DNA of 64,000 bases from Isosphaeraceae bacterium. Lineage in GTDB: Bacteria > Planctomycetota > Planctomycetia > Isosphaerales > Isosphaeraceae. The stretch is from assembly GCA_965201075.1 (NCBI GenBank), contig CBDAVP010000014.1:124001-188000 (forward strand), written 5' to 3'. Made by a program: the position numbers and the translations under genes. Below the pieces are notes generated by a model, which ran no database searches, was not told the origin of the DNA, and worked only from the letters and a program-made list of their open reading frames with translations. Each line of letters begins with the position of its first letter. The first letter of the stretch is position 1. Shown piece by piece: positions 47,582 to 59,055 of this stretch.

Positions 47582-49248
47582 GTCAAATCGGCCCACCAAC
47601 GCTCGGCGTGGTCGGCGCCCCAGTCGTCGGCCGAGTCGCAGGCGTCCAGCGCCTTGGCCAGCGCGCGGGCGTCGGCGAAGCGGTCGGCGGGGGCCTTGGC
47701 CAGGCAGGTCAGAACCACCGCTTCAAGGTCGGCCGGCACCTCGGGACGCAGCGACGAGGGAGGGATAACCGGGTCTCGGGCGTGGGCCATCATCACGGCG
47801 AAGGCGTTGGCGCCGGTGAAGGGGGGGCGGCCGGTCAGGGCGAAGTAGGCGACAGCCCCGAGGGCGTACAGGTCGGCGCGGGCGTCGAGGTTGCCGGCGC
47901 CGGTGGCCTGCTCGGGGGCCATGAACGCCGGGGTGCCGCTGACGCTATGCTCGGCCGTGAGCTCGACGCCCAGTCCGTCGGCCTGGGAGTCGGCCGGCTC
48001 TCGGGTCCGCTTGACCAGGCCGAAGTCGAGGATCTTGGCCACGTCGGCCTCGCCCCCCCGGCGGGCGACGAAGAGATTGGCGGGCTTGAGGTCTCGGTGG
48101 ATCAAACCTAACCCATGAGCCTCGGCCAGGGCGCCGCAGGCCTGCCTCAACAGGTGGACGACTCGGCCGGCGGGCAACGGACCGTGGCGGCCGACCAGTT
48201 CGTCCAGCCCCAGACCGGGCAGGTACTCCATCACATAGTAAAAGGTTCCCCCCTCGGTGTGACCGTAATCGTAAATGGCCACGGTGTTGGGGTGGGAAAG
48301 CTGCGCCGCCGAGTGCACCTCGCGGGCGAACCGCGCCGAGGCGATCGGGTCGGCCACCGACCCGGAGCGGATCAGCTTCAGGGCGCAAGGACGCTTGAGC
48401 AACTCGTGCTCGGCCAGGTAAACCTCGCCCATCCCCCCCTCGCCGAGCTTGCGGACCAGGCGGTACTGGCCAAACTTGCGGGCCTCGTGCAGCTCGGTGC
48501 GCAGACCATTGAGGACGTGCGCTCCATAGGTCGCCAGGGCCGCGCCGATCAAAAGGAACATGGCGTTGCAGCCCAGAAGGTCGGTCCTCCGGAGCTGGTC
48601 CAGGGCGTCGACGAATCGGGGGTCCTCGGTCACCACCAGCAGGCCGATCATCGGCGCCAGGGCCATCGTCAACGTCACCTTGGCCGTGGTCCTCGGGGCG
48701 TTGGGGATGAACGTGCCGTAGAGCACCATCAGGGCGAAGTCCTCGATCACCACGTTCTTGAGGAAGCCCACCAGCGCCAGCAGGTCGCCCCGGTCGGCGA
48801 GGATGGCCGTCACCACGCATTCCATGACGACCAGGGCCGCGGTGATCCCGCCGAACAGGGCATACTCAGTCAGGCGCAGAACCGCCGGGCTCATCCGCGA
48901 CCGACCCGCCAACCAGACCGCCACCCCCGTCGGCAGGGCCCAGCGGGCAACCACCAGCGCCCAGATCGCCGGTGGGACGATGTGGTCCCCCCAGTGGGCG
49001 GCCACCTTCCAGATCAGCATCGCCCCGTAGGCGCCGGCCAAAAACAGCGCCGCGGCGGCTAGTCGGCGGCGCCTCAGCGAGCGTGTCTCGCCCGAAAAGC
49101 CCGAGGAGCCGGGACCGGCCGGCGTCGGCATCGCCCGGCCCAGAGGCGTGGGAGGCACCGTCGAAGGGTCCGGCACCGGTTCCAGGCGGTAATCCTCGGT
49201 CACGGCCAGGGCCGGGACTTCGGTGGTGGGGTCCTGAATGATGGCCAT
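47551..49248 (-). CDS. Membrane-anchored Ser/Thr protein kinase
   Basis: N-terminal TM helices; LGEGGMGEVY, ALK, HRDLKPAN, DFG, GTPAFMAPEQ. Confidence 0.93.
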   Translation of the reverse strand: MAIIQDPTTEVPALAVTEDYRLEPVPDPSTVPPTPLGRAMPTPAGPGSSGFSGETRSLRRRRLAAAALFLAGAYGAMLIWKVAAHWGDHIVPPAIWALVVARWALPTGVAVWLAGRSRMSPAVLRLTEYALFGGITAALVVMECVVTAILADRGDLLALVGFLKNVVIEDFALMVLYGTFIPNAPRTTAKVTLTMALAPMIGLLVVTEDPRFVDALDQLRRTDLLGCNAMFLLIGAALATYGAHVLNGLRTELHEARKFGQYRLVRKLGEGGMGEVYLAEHELLKRPCALKLIRSGSVADPIASARFAREVHSAAQLSHPNTVAIYDYGHTEGGTFYYVMEYLPGLGLDELVGRHGPLPAGRVVHLLRQACGALAEAHGLGLIHRDLKPANLFVARRGGEADVAKILDFGLVKRTREPADSQADGLGVELTAEHSVSGTPAFMAPEQATGAGNLDARADLYALGAVAYFALTGRPPFTGANAFAVMMAHARDPVIPPSSLRPEVPADLEAVVLTCLAKAPADRFADARALAKALDACDSADDWGADHAERWWADLTHSPVAASAR

Positions 49249-49370
49249 GTGTGCGACCTCAATGGATGCGGACCCGGGCGGATCGGAACGGAACGGAACG
49301 GAACGGCGGCGAACCAAGACAACAGGGAAGTTCAATGGACCAGGGTGGATTCGGATCAGGTCAGGTCAGG

Positions 49371-50267
49371 TCAGGGACGGCGACGGCGGACCGGCGGCTC
49401 GACGGGAACAGCCGGCGAAGCGCGAGGGTCGAGGGCGCGAAGACCACCCGATTCGACCTTCTCGACCTCCTCGCGCACGTCCGCCTCCAATCCCTCGGCG
49501 CCCGCGCGAAGTTGCGTCACCAGGCCCCCCGGCGCCCGGTCCGCCCCCCCCCGTCGTAGCCAGGGGACGAACGTGAACGCGACGACGACCAACCCAACTG
49601 TAGCAATCGGTTCAACCACCCGCCGAGTCGCCGCCCGCATCCGGCCCCAGTGGCGAACCAGGTAGATCGGCGTCACCAACGGCACCAGGAACAGCAGCCC
49701 CGAGCCGATTCCCTCCCGAAACGGGATCAACACCAGGTTGACCAACCCCGTCGCCAGCCGCCCCGCGTTGAGCAGTACCACGGCCGCCGCCCCCAGCACC
49801 GCCATCGGTCGGCTTCGGGCGATCGTTCCGACCAGGATCAGCATCAGAAACGGGACGGAAACCAGATACGCCGCGTCGTTGAGCCACCGGAACGGCTTCT
49901 GCAACGCCCCCAAAGCCCGCCGCCACGCCACCTTGCCGGCCGGAACCGGCGATGACAGTTGAGCCACGACCGGCGGGACCATCTCGGCGGTGGCGAACGT
50001 ATAGGGTTTCTCGTCATCGTCGGGAACATCAGCCAGCGGGTCGAGCTGGAGCGGGAGTCTGGGCAGGACCGGCAAGCTGTCGACGGTCAGGGGCTTCAAG
50101 CCGACATCCGTGAACGGTTCCGACGCCGAGACCGCCGAAACGGGCTCGACGGGGCCGGGAATCACGGTCCGCCGACCGCAGCGGGCGCAAGACGCTGGGT
50201 GGCCCGCTCGCGATTCGGGCACATCGAACCGCGAGCCGCACCCCTGGCAGAAGAACACCAGGCCCAT
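49371..50267 (-). CDS. Membrane protein with N-terminal zinc ribbon
   Basis: FFCQGCG...CARCG followed by several TM segments. Confidence 0.7.
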   Translation of the reverse strand: MGLVFFCQGCGSRFDVPESRAGHPASCARCGRRTVIPGPVEPVSAVSASEPFTDVGLKPLTVDSLPVLPRLPLQLDPLADVPDDDEKPYTFATAEMVPPVVAQLSSPVPAGKVAWRRALGALQKPFRWLNDAAYLVSVPFLMLILVGTIARSRPMAVLGAAAVVLLNAGRLATGLVNLVLIPFREGIGSGLLFLVPLVTPIYLVRHWGRMRAATRRVVEPIATVGLVVVAFTFVPWLRRGGADRAPGGLVTQLRAGAEGLEADVREEVEKVESGGLRALDPRASPAVPVEPPVRRRRP

Positions 50268-50342
50268 CCCAAGTCCCCCAGGCCCATCACTCGACATCCA
50301 ACCCCCGAGGATCATCCCCCCAAGGGCCCCTGTCAACGGCCG

Positions 50343-50657
50343 TCAAAACCAGATCAGCGGCGCGGCCAGGATCAGCAGGAGGACCAACGCCAGCCCCTCG
50401 TCGAACCGCCGCAAAAGCCGGAAGTAGATCAGGGCCAGGACGAATGTCTCGGCCAACCAGATTTCCCATTCTCGCCAGTCAAACACCCGCCATAGAACCC
50501 CCTGGAACATGTAACTGAGAAACGCCACCCCCGCGGTGTAAAGGCCCGCCAGAGTGGTCGGGTAGTCTTGAAGGGCGTCGAACTTGACGAACGAGCGAAT
50601 CAGGCCGATCAGGAATATTGCCTTGATGGCTAGGTAGTAAAGGAGCAAGGTCGGCAT
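50343..50657 (-). CDS. Small membrane protein
   Basis: 104-aa hydrophobic ORF. Confidence 0.65.
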   Translation of the reverse strand: MPTLLLYYLAIKAIFLIGLIRSFVKFDALQDYPTTLAGLYTAGVAFLSYMFQGVLWRVFDWREWEIWLAETFVLALIYFRLLRRFDEGLALVLLLILAAPLIWF

Positions 50658-50803
50658 CGTGGGGAGCCTCGGAGCCGATCGGGGGCGACGACCTCAGCGG
50701 CCCAAAATGCGCCGGCCTGACGACACACGGTGAATGGAGACGAGCGACGGCCCAGTTCCTGAGCCAACCCCTTAAGGATCACCGGGTGAGCCTTATTTCG
50801 AGT

Positions 50804-51445
50804 TTAAGGTTCTTTGGGACGACGCGAAGTGGGTTCCGGCCCCGGAATCGTCCTCTCGACCGCGCCGAGCCCCCGCAGCAGGAGGTCGCAGACGGCCCGG
50901 AAGGCGGCGGGTTGGCTGGGGTCGGACCATTCCGCGGCGTGCGCCGGGTTGTGGAAGCGGGCCGTGGCGTCGAGGATCGCCCTCGCGGTGGTTTCGGGGT
51001 CGGGGCCGTCGGCCGGAAACTCGCTCAGGGCTCGGCCGCTGGCCACGATCTGGGCGACCTGGCGGGTTAGCTCGTTTCGGTGGGCGCGGATAACCTCGCC
51101 GAGGTCCGAGGCCAGGGCGAGGTAAGTGGCGAAAAGCTGAGGGTCGTTGGCCGCGCGGTTCCGCTTGGTCTCGGCCAGCGACTCCAGCCAGCGCCTCAGG
51201 CGGGCCGGGGCCGGGCCGTCCTCCTCGGCGATGAGTTTCAGCGGGGCGGTCGTGCGGGCCAGCCAGCGACCGGCGACCGCCTCCCGCAACGCCGCCTTGC
51301 TGGGGAAGTGACGGTAAACGCTGCCGTGGCTGACCTTTAGCTCTCGGGCGACGTCCACCACCGTAGCCTTGGCCGGGCCATAACGTCGCAGGACGTCCTC
51401 GGTCGCCTCCAGAATCCGCTCGGCCGTCAGCGTCGAGTCGGTCAT
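50804..51445 (-). CDS. TetR-family regulator
   Basis: ILEATEDVLRRYG...TVVDVARELKVSHGSVYRHFPSK. Confidence 0.92.
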   Translation of the reverse strand: MTDSTLTAERILEATEDVLRRYGPAKATVVDVARELKVSHGSVYRHFPSKAALREAVAGRWLARTTAPLKLIAEEDGPAPARLRRWLESLAETKRNRAANDPQLFATYLALASDLGEVIRAHRNELTRQVAQIVASGRALSEFPADGPDPETTARAILDATARFHNPAHAAEWSDPSQPAAFRAVCDLLLRGLGAVERTIPGPEPTSRRPKEP

Positions 51446-52476
51446 GGACGGGCCTTTGCCTCGCCGGAAGAGGGGCGTTCGCTGTCGAGTCCCGCCATGA
51501 ATTGGGCCGGATAGCGAGTCCCGGACACCGAGTCAGCGGGGATCGCCCGCTCGATCGCCGCCAAAGTCTCGGCCGAGAGGTTCAGCGACGCGGCCCCGAG
51601 CAGCCCGTCCAGTTGCTCCGGCCGCCTCGCCCCGACCACCGGCACGATCTCCGGCCCCCGGGACAGTACCCACGCCACCGCGACCTGGGGAAGGCTCGCC
51701 CCCAGGCCGTCGGCGACCTGGCGCAACGCCTCGACCAGTTCGAGGTTCCGGTCCAGATTCTCGCCGACGAACCGCGGGCTGTGCGAGCGGAAATCTCCCG
51801 GGGCCGAGCCCGAGCCGGATCGCTCCCTGGTCCATCGACCGCTCAGCAGGCCCCGGGACAGCACGCCGTAGGCCGTCACGCCGATGCCCAGCTTTCGGCA
51901 GGTCGGCAGGATCTCGGCCTCGGGACCCCGGGAGAACAGCGAATACTCAATCTGGAGGTCCGCGACCGGGTGAACCTTCTGGGCCCGCCGCAACGTCTCG
52001 GCCCCGACCTCCGAGAGCCCAACCTGCCGGACATAACCGGCCTGGATCAGTTCGGCGATCGCGCCCACGGTCTCCTCGATCGGCACGGCCGGGTCGAGAC
52101 GTCCGGGTCGGTAGATGTCGACGTGATCCGTCCCGAGACGAACCAGCGAGTAGGCCAGGAAGTTCTTGATCGCCTGGGGCCGGGCGTCGATCCCCACGAA
52201 GGCCCCGTCTGGCCCCCGCAGAGCGCCGAATTTGACGCTCAGGACCACATCTTCCCGGCGACGGCCGCGCAGGGCCTCGCGGATCGTCAACTCGTTGCGG
52301 CCCATGCCGTAGAAGTCGCCCGTGTCCAGCAGATTCACGCCGGAGTCGAGCGCCCTGCGGACCGTCGCCACCCCCTCGGCCTCGTCCGCCTCGCCATAGG
52401 CGCCCGAGAAGCTCATGCACCCCAGGCCCAACGCCGAAACCTCCGGCCCTCCCGCCCCCAATCGTCGTCGTTCCAT
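51442..52476 (-). CDS. Aldo/keto reductase
   Basis: VSALGLGCM, LDTGDFYG, VKFG, GLSE, QIEYSL; ATGA-coupled to TetR. Confidence 0.93.
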   Translation of the reverse strand: MERRRLGAGGPEVSALGLGCMSFSGAYGEADEAEGVATVRRALDSGVNLLDTGDFYGMGRNELTIREALRGRRREDVVLSVKFGALRGPDGAFVGIDARPQAIKNFLAYSLVRLGTDHVDIYRPGRLDPAVPIEETVGAIAELIQAGYVRQVGLSEVGAETLRRAQKVHPVADLQIEYSLFSRGPEAEILPTCRKLGIGVTAYGVLSRGLLSGRWTRERSGSGSAPGDFRSHSPRFVGENLDRNLELVEALRQVADGLGASLPQVAVAWVLSRGPEIVPVVGARRPEQLDGLLGAASLNLSAETLAAIERAIPADSVSGTRYPAQFMAGLDSERPSSGEAKARP

Positions 52477-52665
52477 CACTCAACCCTCCGTTTGATCACC
52501 GGATCTCGAATGCGGGGTCATCGTAGCCGTGAGATGACAGAAGTCAATTTCTGTCATTCCATTTTCCTCGCGGACGGTTTGGGGGTTCGGCAGGTGGCCG
52601 ACGGCAACGGCGGTTCGCCATAATGAGGGCGGGCGAGGGAGTGGACGGGTCGAGGGGGGTGGCTC

Positions 52666-53871
52666 ATGGGAAATGCTCGGGAGCGAATTTTGACGATCAA
52701 CGGAGGATCGTCGAGCGTCAAGTTCGCGCTGTTCGACGGGGCCGACCCTCCGCGTAAGGTCTTGTCGGGTAAGGTGGAACGAGTGGGGCAGGGGGGTGGC
52801 GCGAAGTTGACGGCGCATTCGGCGGAGGGAGACGACAAGGAGGAGCGCGACGTCGAGGCTCCCGACCATGAGGCGGCCTTGAAGCTGATTCTCGACTGGG
52901 TCGGCGGGCGGGCGGACCTGGAGGAGATCGGGGCGATTGGCCACCGGGTCGTCCACGGTGGCCCAACCTATTTCGAACCCACCGAGATCACCGACGAGGT
53001 TCTCGACGGCCTCCGCAAGATCAGCCCATTCGACCCCGACCACCTGCCGGCCGAACTGTCGATGATCGAGGCCGCGCGGCGTGACCTACCCGCTCGTCCC
53101 CAGTTCGCCTGTTTTGACACGGCCTTTCACCGGGACATGCCCCGGGTCGCGCAGTTGCTGCCAATTCCCCGCCGCTACGAGGAGGCTGGGGCCCGTCGCT
53201 ATGGGTTCCACGGGCTTTCTTTTGAATTCCTGATGAAGGAACTTGCCCGGGTGGCCGGCGACGGGGCGGCCCAGGGTCGGGTGATCCTGGCACATCTGGG
53301 ATCGGGGGCAAGCCTGGCGGCGGTGCGCGAGGGGCGGTCGGTTGACACGACAATGGGCCTGACCCCGGCGGCCGGTCTGGTGATGGGGACCCGCACCGGC
53401 GACATCGACCCGGGCCTGCCGGCCTACCTGGCCCGCGCCGAGGGGATGACGGCCGAGCGGTTTGACCACCTCATCAATCAGGAATCGGGCCTGCTGGGCG
53501 TCTCGGGCCGAAGCGCCGATCTCCGCGACCTCACGGCGATTGAGGCGACCGACGCCCACGCCGCCGAGGCCGTGGACCTGTTTTGCCATTCGGCCCGGAA
53601 ATGGATCGGCGCGATGGCGGCGGTCCTGGGTGGGCTGGAGACTTTGGTTTTCTCCGGAGGGATCGGCGAGCACTCGTCGGCGATCCGCGGGCGGATCTGC
53701 GCGGGGCTGGAGTTCCTGGGCGTGACCCTGGACGACGCCCGCAATCGGGACTCAGCGGCGGTGATCTCGGCCGAAGGCGCGGCGGTGACGGTGAGGGTGA
53801 TTCCCACCGACGAGGAGTTGACGGTCGCCCGGGCGGTCCGGCGATTGCTCGGCCCTGGGACGGATCGGTAA
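52666..53871 (+). CDS. ackA: Acetate/propionate kinase
   Basis: [49 protein letters not shown]. Confidence 0.93.
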   Translation: MGNARERILTINGGSSSVKFALFDGADPPRKVLSGKVERVGQGGGAKLTAHSAEGDDKEERDVEAPDHEAALKLILDWVGGRADLEEIGAIGHRVVHGGPTYFEPTEITDEVLDGLRKISPFDPDHLPAELSMIEAARRDLPARPQFACFDTAFHRDMPRVAQLLPIPRRYEEAGARRYGFHGLSFEFLMKELARVAGDGAAQGRVILAHLGSGASLAAVREGRSVDTTMGLTPAAGLVMGTRTGDIDPGLPAYLARAEGMTAERFDHLINQESGLLGVSGRSADLRDLTAIEATDAHAAEAVDLFCHSARKWIGAMAAVLGGLETLVFSGGIGEHSSAIRGRICAGLEFLGVTLDDARNRDSAAVISAEGAAVTVRVIPTDEELTVARAVRRLLGPGTDR

Positions 53872-53930
53872 GTTCTCGACGCGGGCCGAGTCCCGCCGCC
53901 GACTCCAATCCTTTTCGTGGAACCGCAACG

Positions 53931-56336
53931 ATGGACACCCAGGCCCCGCCCGCTCCTGCCTCCGATCGGTCCAGAACCCAGGCGCCGGTGTCGCCCGAGT
54001 TGCTCAGGAAGATGGACGCGTACTGGCGGGCGGCCAACTACCTGTCCGTTGGGCAAATCTACCTGCTGGACAACCCTCTGCTGCGCCAGCCCTTGGAACT
54101 GAAGCACATCAAGCCGAGGTTGCTGGGCCACTGGGGGACGACGCCGGGTCAGAACCTTTTGTACGTCCACCTGAACCGGATCATCCAGCAGCACGACCTG
54201 GACATGATCTACATCGCCGGCCCTGGTCACGGTGGGCCGGGCGTCGTGGCCAACACCTATCTGGAAGGGACGTACTCCGAGTTCTATCCGCACATCTCGC
54301 AGGACTTGGAAGGGTTGCAGAAGCTGTTCAAGCAGTTCTCGTTTCCCGGCGGCATCCCCAGCCACGTTTCCCCCGAGACCCCGGGTTCGATCCACGAGGG
54401 GGGGGAACTCGGCTACAGCCTGGCGCACGCCTTTGGAGCCGCGTTCGACCACCCCGACCTGATCGTAGCCTGCTGCGTCGGCGACGGAGAGGCCGAGACC
54501 GGCCCGCTGGCCACGGGATGGCACGGTAACAAGTTCCTCAACCCCGCCCGCGATGGGGTGGTGCTGCCGATCCTGCACCTCAACGGGTACAAGATCGCCA
54601 ACCCGACCCTTTTGGCCCGCATCCCCCGGGAGGAGTTGGAATCGCTGATGAGCGGCTACGGCTACACGCCGTACTGGGTTGAGGGGGACGAACCGGAGAA
54701 GGTGCATCGTCTGTTGGCTGACACCTTCGATCAGGTGATTGACTCGATCCGGGCAATCCAGGCCGACGCACGAACCAACGGCGTCACGGAGCGTCCGGCC
54801 TGGCCGATGATCGTCCTGAAGACCCCCAAGGGGTGGACCGGCCCCAAGGTGGTCGATGGCCTGCCGGTCGAGGGGACGTATCGAGCCCACCAGGTGCCGC
54901 TGTCCGAGCCGGCGTCGAACCCCGAGCACCTCAAGCAACTGGACCAATGGCTGCGCGGCTACCGGCCCGAGGAGTTGTTCGACGAGTCGGGCAAGCTGGT
55001 CGAGGAGATCGCCGCGCTGGCGCCCCAGGGCGGGCGGCGGATGGGCTCCAACCCGGTGGCCAACGGCGGCTTGCTGCTGAAGCCGCTGAACCTGCCCGAT
55101 TTCCGAGACTACGCCGTGGACGTCCCCCGCCCCGGCGGCGTCGAGGCGAGCGACACCGCGACCCTGGGGACCTTTCTGCGAGACGTCATCACGCAGAACC
55201 TCCCCCGGGCGAACTTTCGCCTGTTCGGGCCCGACGAGACGGCCTCGAACCGGCTGACGGCCGTGCTGGACGCCACCCCCAAGCAGTGGCAGGAGGAGGT
55301 CATCCCCACCGACGACCACCTGGCCGTCGAGGGGCGGCTGATGGAAGTCCTCAGCGAACACCAGTGCGAGGGGTGGCTCGAAGGATATTTGCTGACCGGT
55401 CGCCACGGGCTGTTCAACTGCTACGAGGCGTTCATCCACATCATCGACTCGATGTTCAACCAGCACGCCAAGTGGCTGGAAGTCACGTCCAAGATCCCCT
55501 GGAGGCGGCCGATCGCCAGCCTGAACATCCTGCTGGCCTCGCACGTCTGGCGGCAGGACCACAACGGCTTCACCCACCAGGACCCCGGCTTCCTCGACGT
55601 GGTGACCAACAAGAAGCCCTCGGTGGTGCGCGTGTATCTACCGCCGGACGCCAACTGCCTGCTCTCGGTGGGAGACCACTGCCTGCGCAGTCGTCACTAC
55701 GTCAACGTGGTGGTCGCCGGCAAGCACCCCGCGCCCCAGTGGTTGACGATGGACCAGGCCGTCAAGCACTGCACCGCCGGCATCGGCATCTGGGAGTTCG
55801 CCAGCAACGACCAGGGGGGCTCGCCCGACGTGGTGATGGGCTGCGCCGGCGACGTGCCAACACTGGAAACCCTGGCCGCCGTCCAGCTTTTGCGTCAGCA
55901 CCTGCCTGAGCTCAAGGTGCGGGTGGTCAACGTGGTCGACCTGATGCGGCTGATGCCCGAGACCGAACACCCTCACGGCCTGTCCGACCACGACTTTGAC
56001 GTTCTCTTCACCAAGGACAAGCCGATCATCTTCGCCTTCCACGGCTACCCCTGGCTGGTCCACCGCCTGACCTACAAGCGGACCAACCACCGCAACCTGC
56101 ACGTCCGCGGCTACAAGGAGGAAGGGACGATCACCACCCCGTTCGACATGACCGTCCTGAACGACATGGACCGCTTCCACCTGGTCGGCGACGTGGTCGA
56201 CCGCCTGCCCCAACTGCTCGACCGCGCCGCCTACGTCAAGCAGGCGATGCGTGACAAGCTCATCGAGCATCGCCACTACATTAATGAGAACGGCGAGGAT
56301 CTGCCCGAGATCCGTGACTGGAAGTGGGAGCTTTGA
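53931..56336 (+). CDS. xfp: Phosphoketolase (XFP family)
   Basis: [48 protein letters not shown]. Confidence 0.95.
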   Translation: MDTQAPPAPASDRSRTQAPVSPELLRKMDAYWRAANYLSVGQIYLLDNPLLRQPLELKHIKPRLLGHWGTTPGQNLLYVHLNRIIQQHDLDMIYIAGPGHGGPGVVANTYLEGTYSEFYPHISQDLEGLQKLFKQFSFPGGIPSHVSPETPGSIHEGGELGYSLAHAFGAAFDHPDLIVACCVGDGEAETGPLATGWHGNKFLNPARDGVVLPILHLNGYKIANPTLLARIPREELESLMSGYGYTPYWVEGDEPEKVHRLLADTFDQVIDSIRAIQADARTNGVTERPAWPMIVLKTPKGWTGPKVVDGLPVEGTYRAHQVPLSEPASNPEHLKQLDQWLRGYRPEELFDESGKLVEEIAALAPQGGRRMGSNPVANGGLLLKPLNLPDFRDYAVDVPRPGGVEASDTATLGTFLRDVITQNLPRANFRLFGPDETASNRLTAVLDATPKQWQEEVIPTDDHLAVEGRLMEVLSEHQCEGWLEGYLLTGRHGLFNCYEAFIHIIDSMFNQHAKWLEVTSKIPWRRPIASLNILLASHVWRQDHNGFTHQDPGFLDVVTNKKPSVVRVYLPPDANCLLSVGDHCLRSRHYVNVVVAGKHPAPQWLTMDQAVKHCTAGIGIWEFASNDQGGSPDVVMGCAGDVPTLETLAAVQLLRQHLPELKVRVVNVVDLMRLMPETEHPHGLSDHDFDVLFTKDKPIIFAFHGYPWLVHRLTYKRTNHRNLHVRGYKEEGTITTPFDMTVLNDMDRFHLVGDVVDRLPQLLDRAAYVKQAMRDKLIEHRHYINENGEDLPEIRDWKWEL

Positions 56337-56402
56337 GGAATCGCCAGGAGCGAAGGGCAAAGAGGGCGTTAGGAATTTGCCGCCACGGCACGAGGAACTC
56401 TG

Positions 56403-57059
56403 ATGCCATTGCCGACGCTAACCGTCGCCATGCTCCAGCACGAGGCCCGTCGGTTCGCCGAGCTTGAGAGTGTTCACCCCGAGCCGACCATCTACGGTGT
56501 CACCGACGGCAAGGCGATTGGCACCTACCTGGAGCACAAGTTCCAGGCCCACCTCGAAGCAAGGTACGTCCATGCGCCGGGCAACTCCGCCAGCGGCATC
56601 GACTTGCCCGGCCTCGCTGTCGATTTGAAGGTGACCAGCGCCAGGCAGCCGCAATCCTCCTGCCCGTTCAAGCACGCACGGCAGAAGATTTATGGCCTCG
56701 GGTACTCACTACTCGTCTTCGTCTACAACAAGTCCGATGACGACGCGACCCGCACGGCCACTCTCAACATCCAGCACACCATCTACGTCGAGGCCCACCG
56801 GACGGCCGACTTCCAGATGACCAAAGGCCTACTCGACATCCTCGCACAAGAAGGCAACGAGGACGACCTTGTGGCCTTCATGCAAGACAAAATGCTCCCG
56901 GTGGACGATATCGAGATCCACCGAATCGCCCAGGAACTTCTGCGGACGACGCCCCTGCAAGGCTTTTTGACCGTGTCGAACGCCCTGCAATGGCGGCTTC
57001 AATACGGACGAGTCATCACGCAAGCCGGGCTCGTGGACGGCGTCATTCGCATCAGGTAA
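56403..57059 (+). CDS. Type II restriction endonuclease, NspV-like
   Basis: YGVTDGKAIGTYLE, SASGID, DLKVTS.RQPQSSCPF, SNALQWRLQY; paired with MTase. NspV likeness is recalled, not searched. Confidence 0.8.
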   Translation: MPLPTLTVAMLQHEARRFAELESVHPEPTIYGVTDGKAIGTYLEHKFQAHLEARYVHAPGNSASGIDLPGLAVDLKVTSARQPQSSCPFKHARQKIYGLGYSLLVFVYNKSDDDATRTATLNIQHTIYVEAHRTADFQMTKGLLDILAQEGNEDDLVAFMQDKMLPVDDIEIHRIAQELLRTTPLQGFLTVSNALQWRLQYGRVITQAGLVDGVIRIR

Positions 57060-57064
57060 CGCAC

Positions 57065-58594
57065 ATGCCAATCAGTAACGTCCAGACCAGCGACGAGTTC
57101 GGCGATTTTCAGACCCCTCGCGACCTGGCCGCCCGGGTCTGTGGGCTCTTGGCCGAACGTCGGGGACTAACGCCAGCGGCGATCGTCGAGCCCACCTGCG
57201 GAATCGGCGGGTTCCTGTTGGCCGCTCTCGATCGGTTCCCGTCGGCCAAGGCCGGGCTCGGCGTCGAGATTAACCTGGACTATGTGGACAAGCTTGGGTC
57301 GGAGCTACCTAGTCGCCCCTACGCGGATCGAGTGCGCGTCTTGCACGAGAGCTTCTTCCATGCCGACTGGATCGCCCTACTTCGTGACCTCCCTGAACCC
57401 CTCCTCATCTGCGGAAACCCTCCTTGGGTGACGAACTCGCGGTTGGGGACTCTGGGCAGCGGGAATCTGCCGACCAAGACTAATTTCCAGAACCGCGCCG
57501 GCCTGGATGCCATCACAGGCAAGAGCAACTTCGATATCTCGGAATGGATGCTCATTAAGCTGCTGGAGCTTCTCCAAGGTCGTTGCGCCACCCTGGCAAT
57601 GCTCTGCAAAACCGCCGTCGCCCGCAAGGTCCTCGTCCACGCCTGGAAGAACGACATCTGCCTGGCGGACACCGAGATCCGCCGCATTGACGCCGCCACT
57701 ACCTTCGGCGCGGCGGTCGATGCCTGCCTTTTGGTCTGCTCGCTGGTCCCCTTCAGCCACAACCGCGACTGCCGCGTCTATCACGATCTGGAAGGACATG
57801 AGCCGACCGGGATGATCGGCTACCATGACGGGCAACTCGTCGCCAACGCACCAGCCTACGAACGCTGGAAGCACCTTGAAGGCCAGGAAGTGTATCAGTG
57901 GCGTTCCGGGGTCAAGCACGACTGCTCCAAGGTCATGGAACTGCGGAAGGACGGGGTTCGCTACCGAAATGGGCTCGGGGATGTGGTGGATCTGGAAGAA
58001 GACTATCTGTTCCCAATGCTGAAGAGTTCCGAACTTGCCAACGGTCGAACCGAGGAACCCCCTCGACGAATGCTTGTGCCACAGAGGGCCACTGGAGACG
58101 ACACCAACGTGATCCGCGTGTTGGCTCCCAAGACTTGGAAGTACCTCCAAGAGCACGGCGAAGCGCTCGACCGGCGGGCCAGTTCCATCTACAGAAACCG
58201 CCCGCGTTTCTCTGTATTCGGCGTCGGTGCCTACACCTTCTCTCCCTGGAAGGTGGCAATTTCTGGCTTCTACAAGAGGCTCCAATTCGCCATCGTCGGC
58301 AACGTCGCCGGAAAGCCTATCGTTCCCGATGACACAGGTTACTTCGTGGCCTGCCAGAGCGAGGAGGAGGCCACCTACCTGGCCTCATTGCTTAACTCCG
58401 ACATCGCTCGCGACTTTTTCTCCGCGTACATCTTTTGGGACACCAAGCGTCCAATCACGGTCGAAGTGCTCAGACGTCTCGACCTGTCGGCCCTAGCCCG
58501 GGAGCTAGGCTCGGAAAGCAAACTCAGAAACTTTCTCACAAAGACGAAGCCGGAACCGGTCCACAGACAATTGAGCCTGTTCGACGCCAGTTGA
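57065..58594 (+). CDS. Cognate amino-DNA methyltransferase (gamma-type order)
   Basis: FGDFQTP, EPTCGIGGF, GNPPW; starts 5 nt after the REase stop. Confidence 0.88.
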   Translation: MPISNVQTSDEFGDFQTPRDLAARVCGLLAERRGLTPAAIVEPTCGIGGFLLAALDRFPSAKAGLGVEINLDYVDKLGSELPSRPYADRVRVLHESFFHADWIALLRDLPEPLLICGNPPWVTNSRLGTLGSGNLPTKTNFQNRAGLDAITGKSNFDISEWMLIKLLELLQGRCATLAMLCKTAVARKVLVHAWKNDICLADTEIRRIDAATTFGAAVDACLLVCSLVPFSHNRDCRVYHDLEGHEPTGMIGYHDGQLVANAPAYERWKHLEGQEVYQWRSGVKHDCSKVMELRKDGVRYRNGLGDVVDLEEDYLFPMLKSSELANGRTEEPPRRMLVPQRATGDDTNVIRVLAPKTWKYLQEHGEALDRRASSIYRNRPRFSVFGVGAYTFSPWKVAISGFYKRLQFAIVGNVAGKPIVPDDTGYFVACQSEEEATYLASLLNSDIARDFFSAYIFWDTKRPITVEVLRRLDLSALARELGSESKLRNFLTKTKPEPVHRQLSLFDAS

Positions 58595-58654
58595 GCAAAG
58601 GTGGCCCCGTAGCGTAAAGCATGGATGCAGTCCCTCTTTCTTCCTACCGACCAC

Positions 58655-58885
58655 TCACAACTGACTCACCGGCCCGCCCCGCAGCCGTCGTCGGAAGGCC
58701 AGGCCGACGCCCAGCGATCCGCCGAGGGCCGCGAGCGTCAGGAGTTCGGGGCCCGCGTGGGTCGCCAGACTCGCGACGGCTTCTGATCTCACCTCGCCCG
58801 CCGAGGCGAAGGGGGCGGGGACCAGCGCCGCAAGCAACAAGGCGGCGGCATACCACGACGTTCGCGTCTCGGACGGCTTGAGCAT
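58655..58885 (-). CDS. Tiny secreted protein with PEP-CTERM-like C-terminus
   Basis: Signal peptide (...AAALLLAALVPAPFASA) then GPELLTLAALGGSLGVGLAFRRR. Confidence 0.5.
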   Translation of the reverse strand: MLKPSETRTSWYAAALLLAALVPAPFASAGEVRSEAVASLATHAGPELLTLAALGGSLGVGLAFRRRLRGGPVSQL

Positions 58886-59055
58886 CAATTCCACCCTCTC
58901 CAGGTTCACCGTCCGTCGCCGCCCGATCCGCGGGTCGCGGCTCCACGCACCTGCTACGGCCCCTGGCGGCCCCTCGTGACGGCCAAGTTTCGCCGGCCAC
59001 TCGCATTCGATAGACTCGGGCGATCCCGGTCCCCTCGCCTCCAGGACCCCCATTG

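Noticed and set aside
49284..49375. CGGAA x4 and TCAGG x4 microsatellites upstream of the kinase
   Set aside because: Short and intergenic; no evidence of phase variation from one sequence.
53478..55577. 699-aa minus-strand ORF
   Set aside because: Antisense shadow of phosphoketolase.
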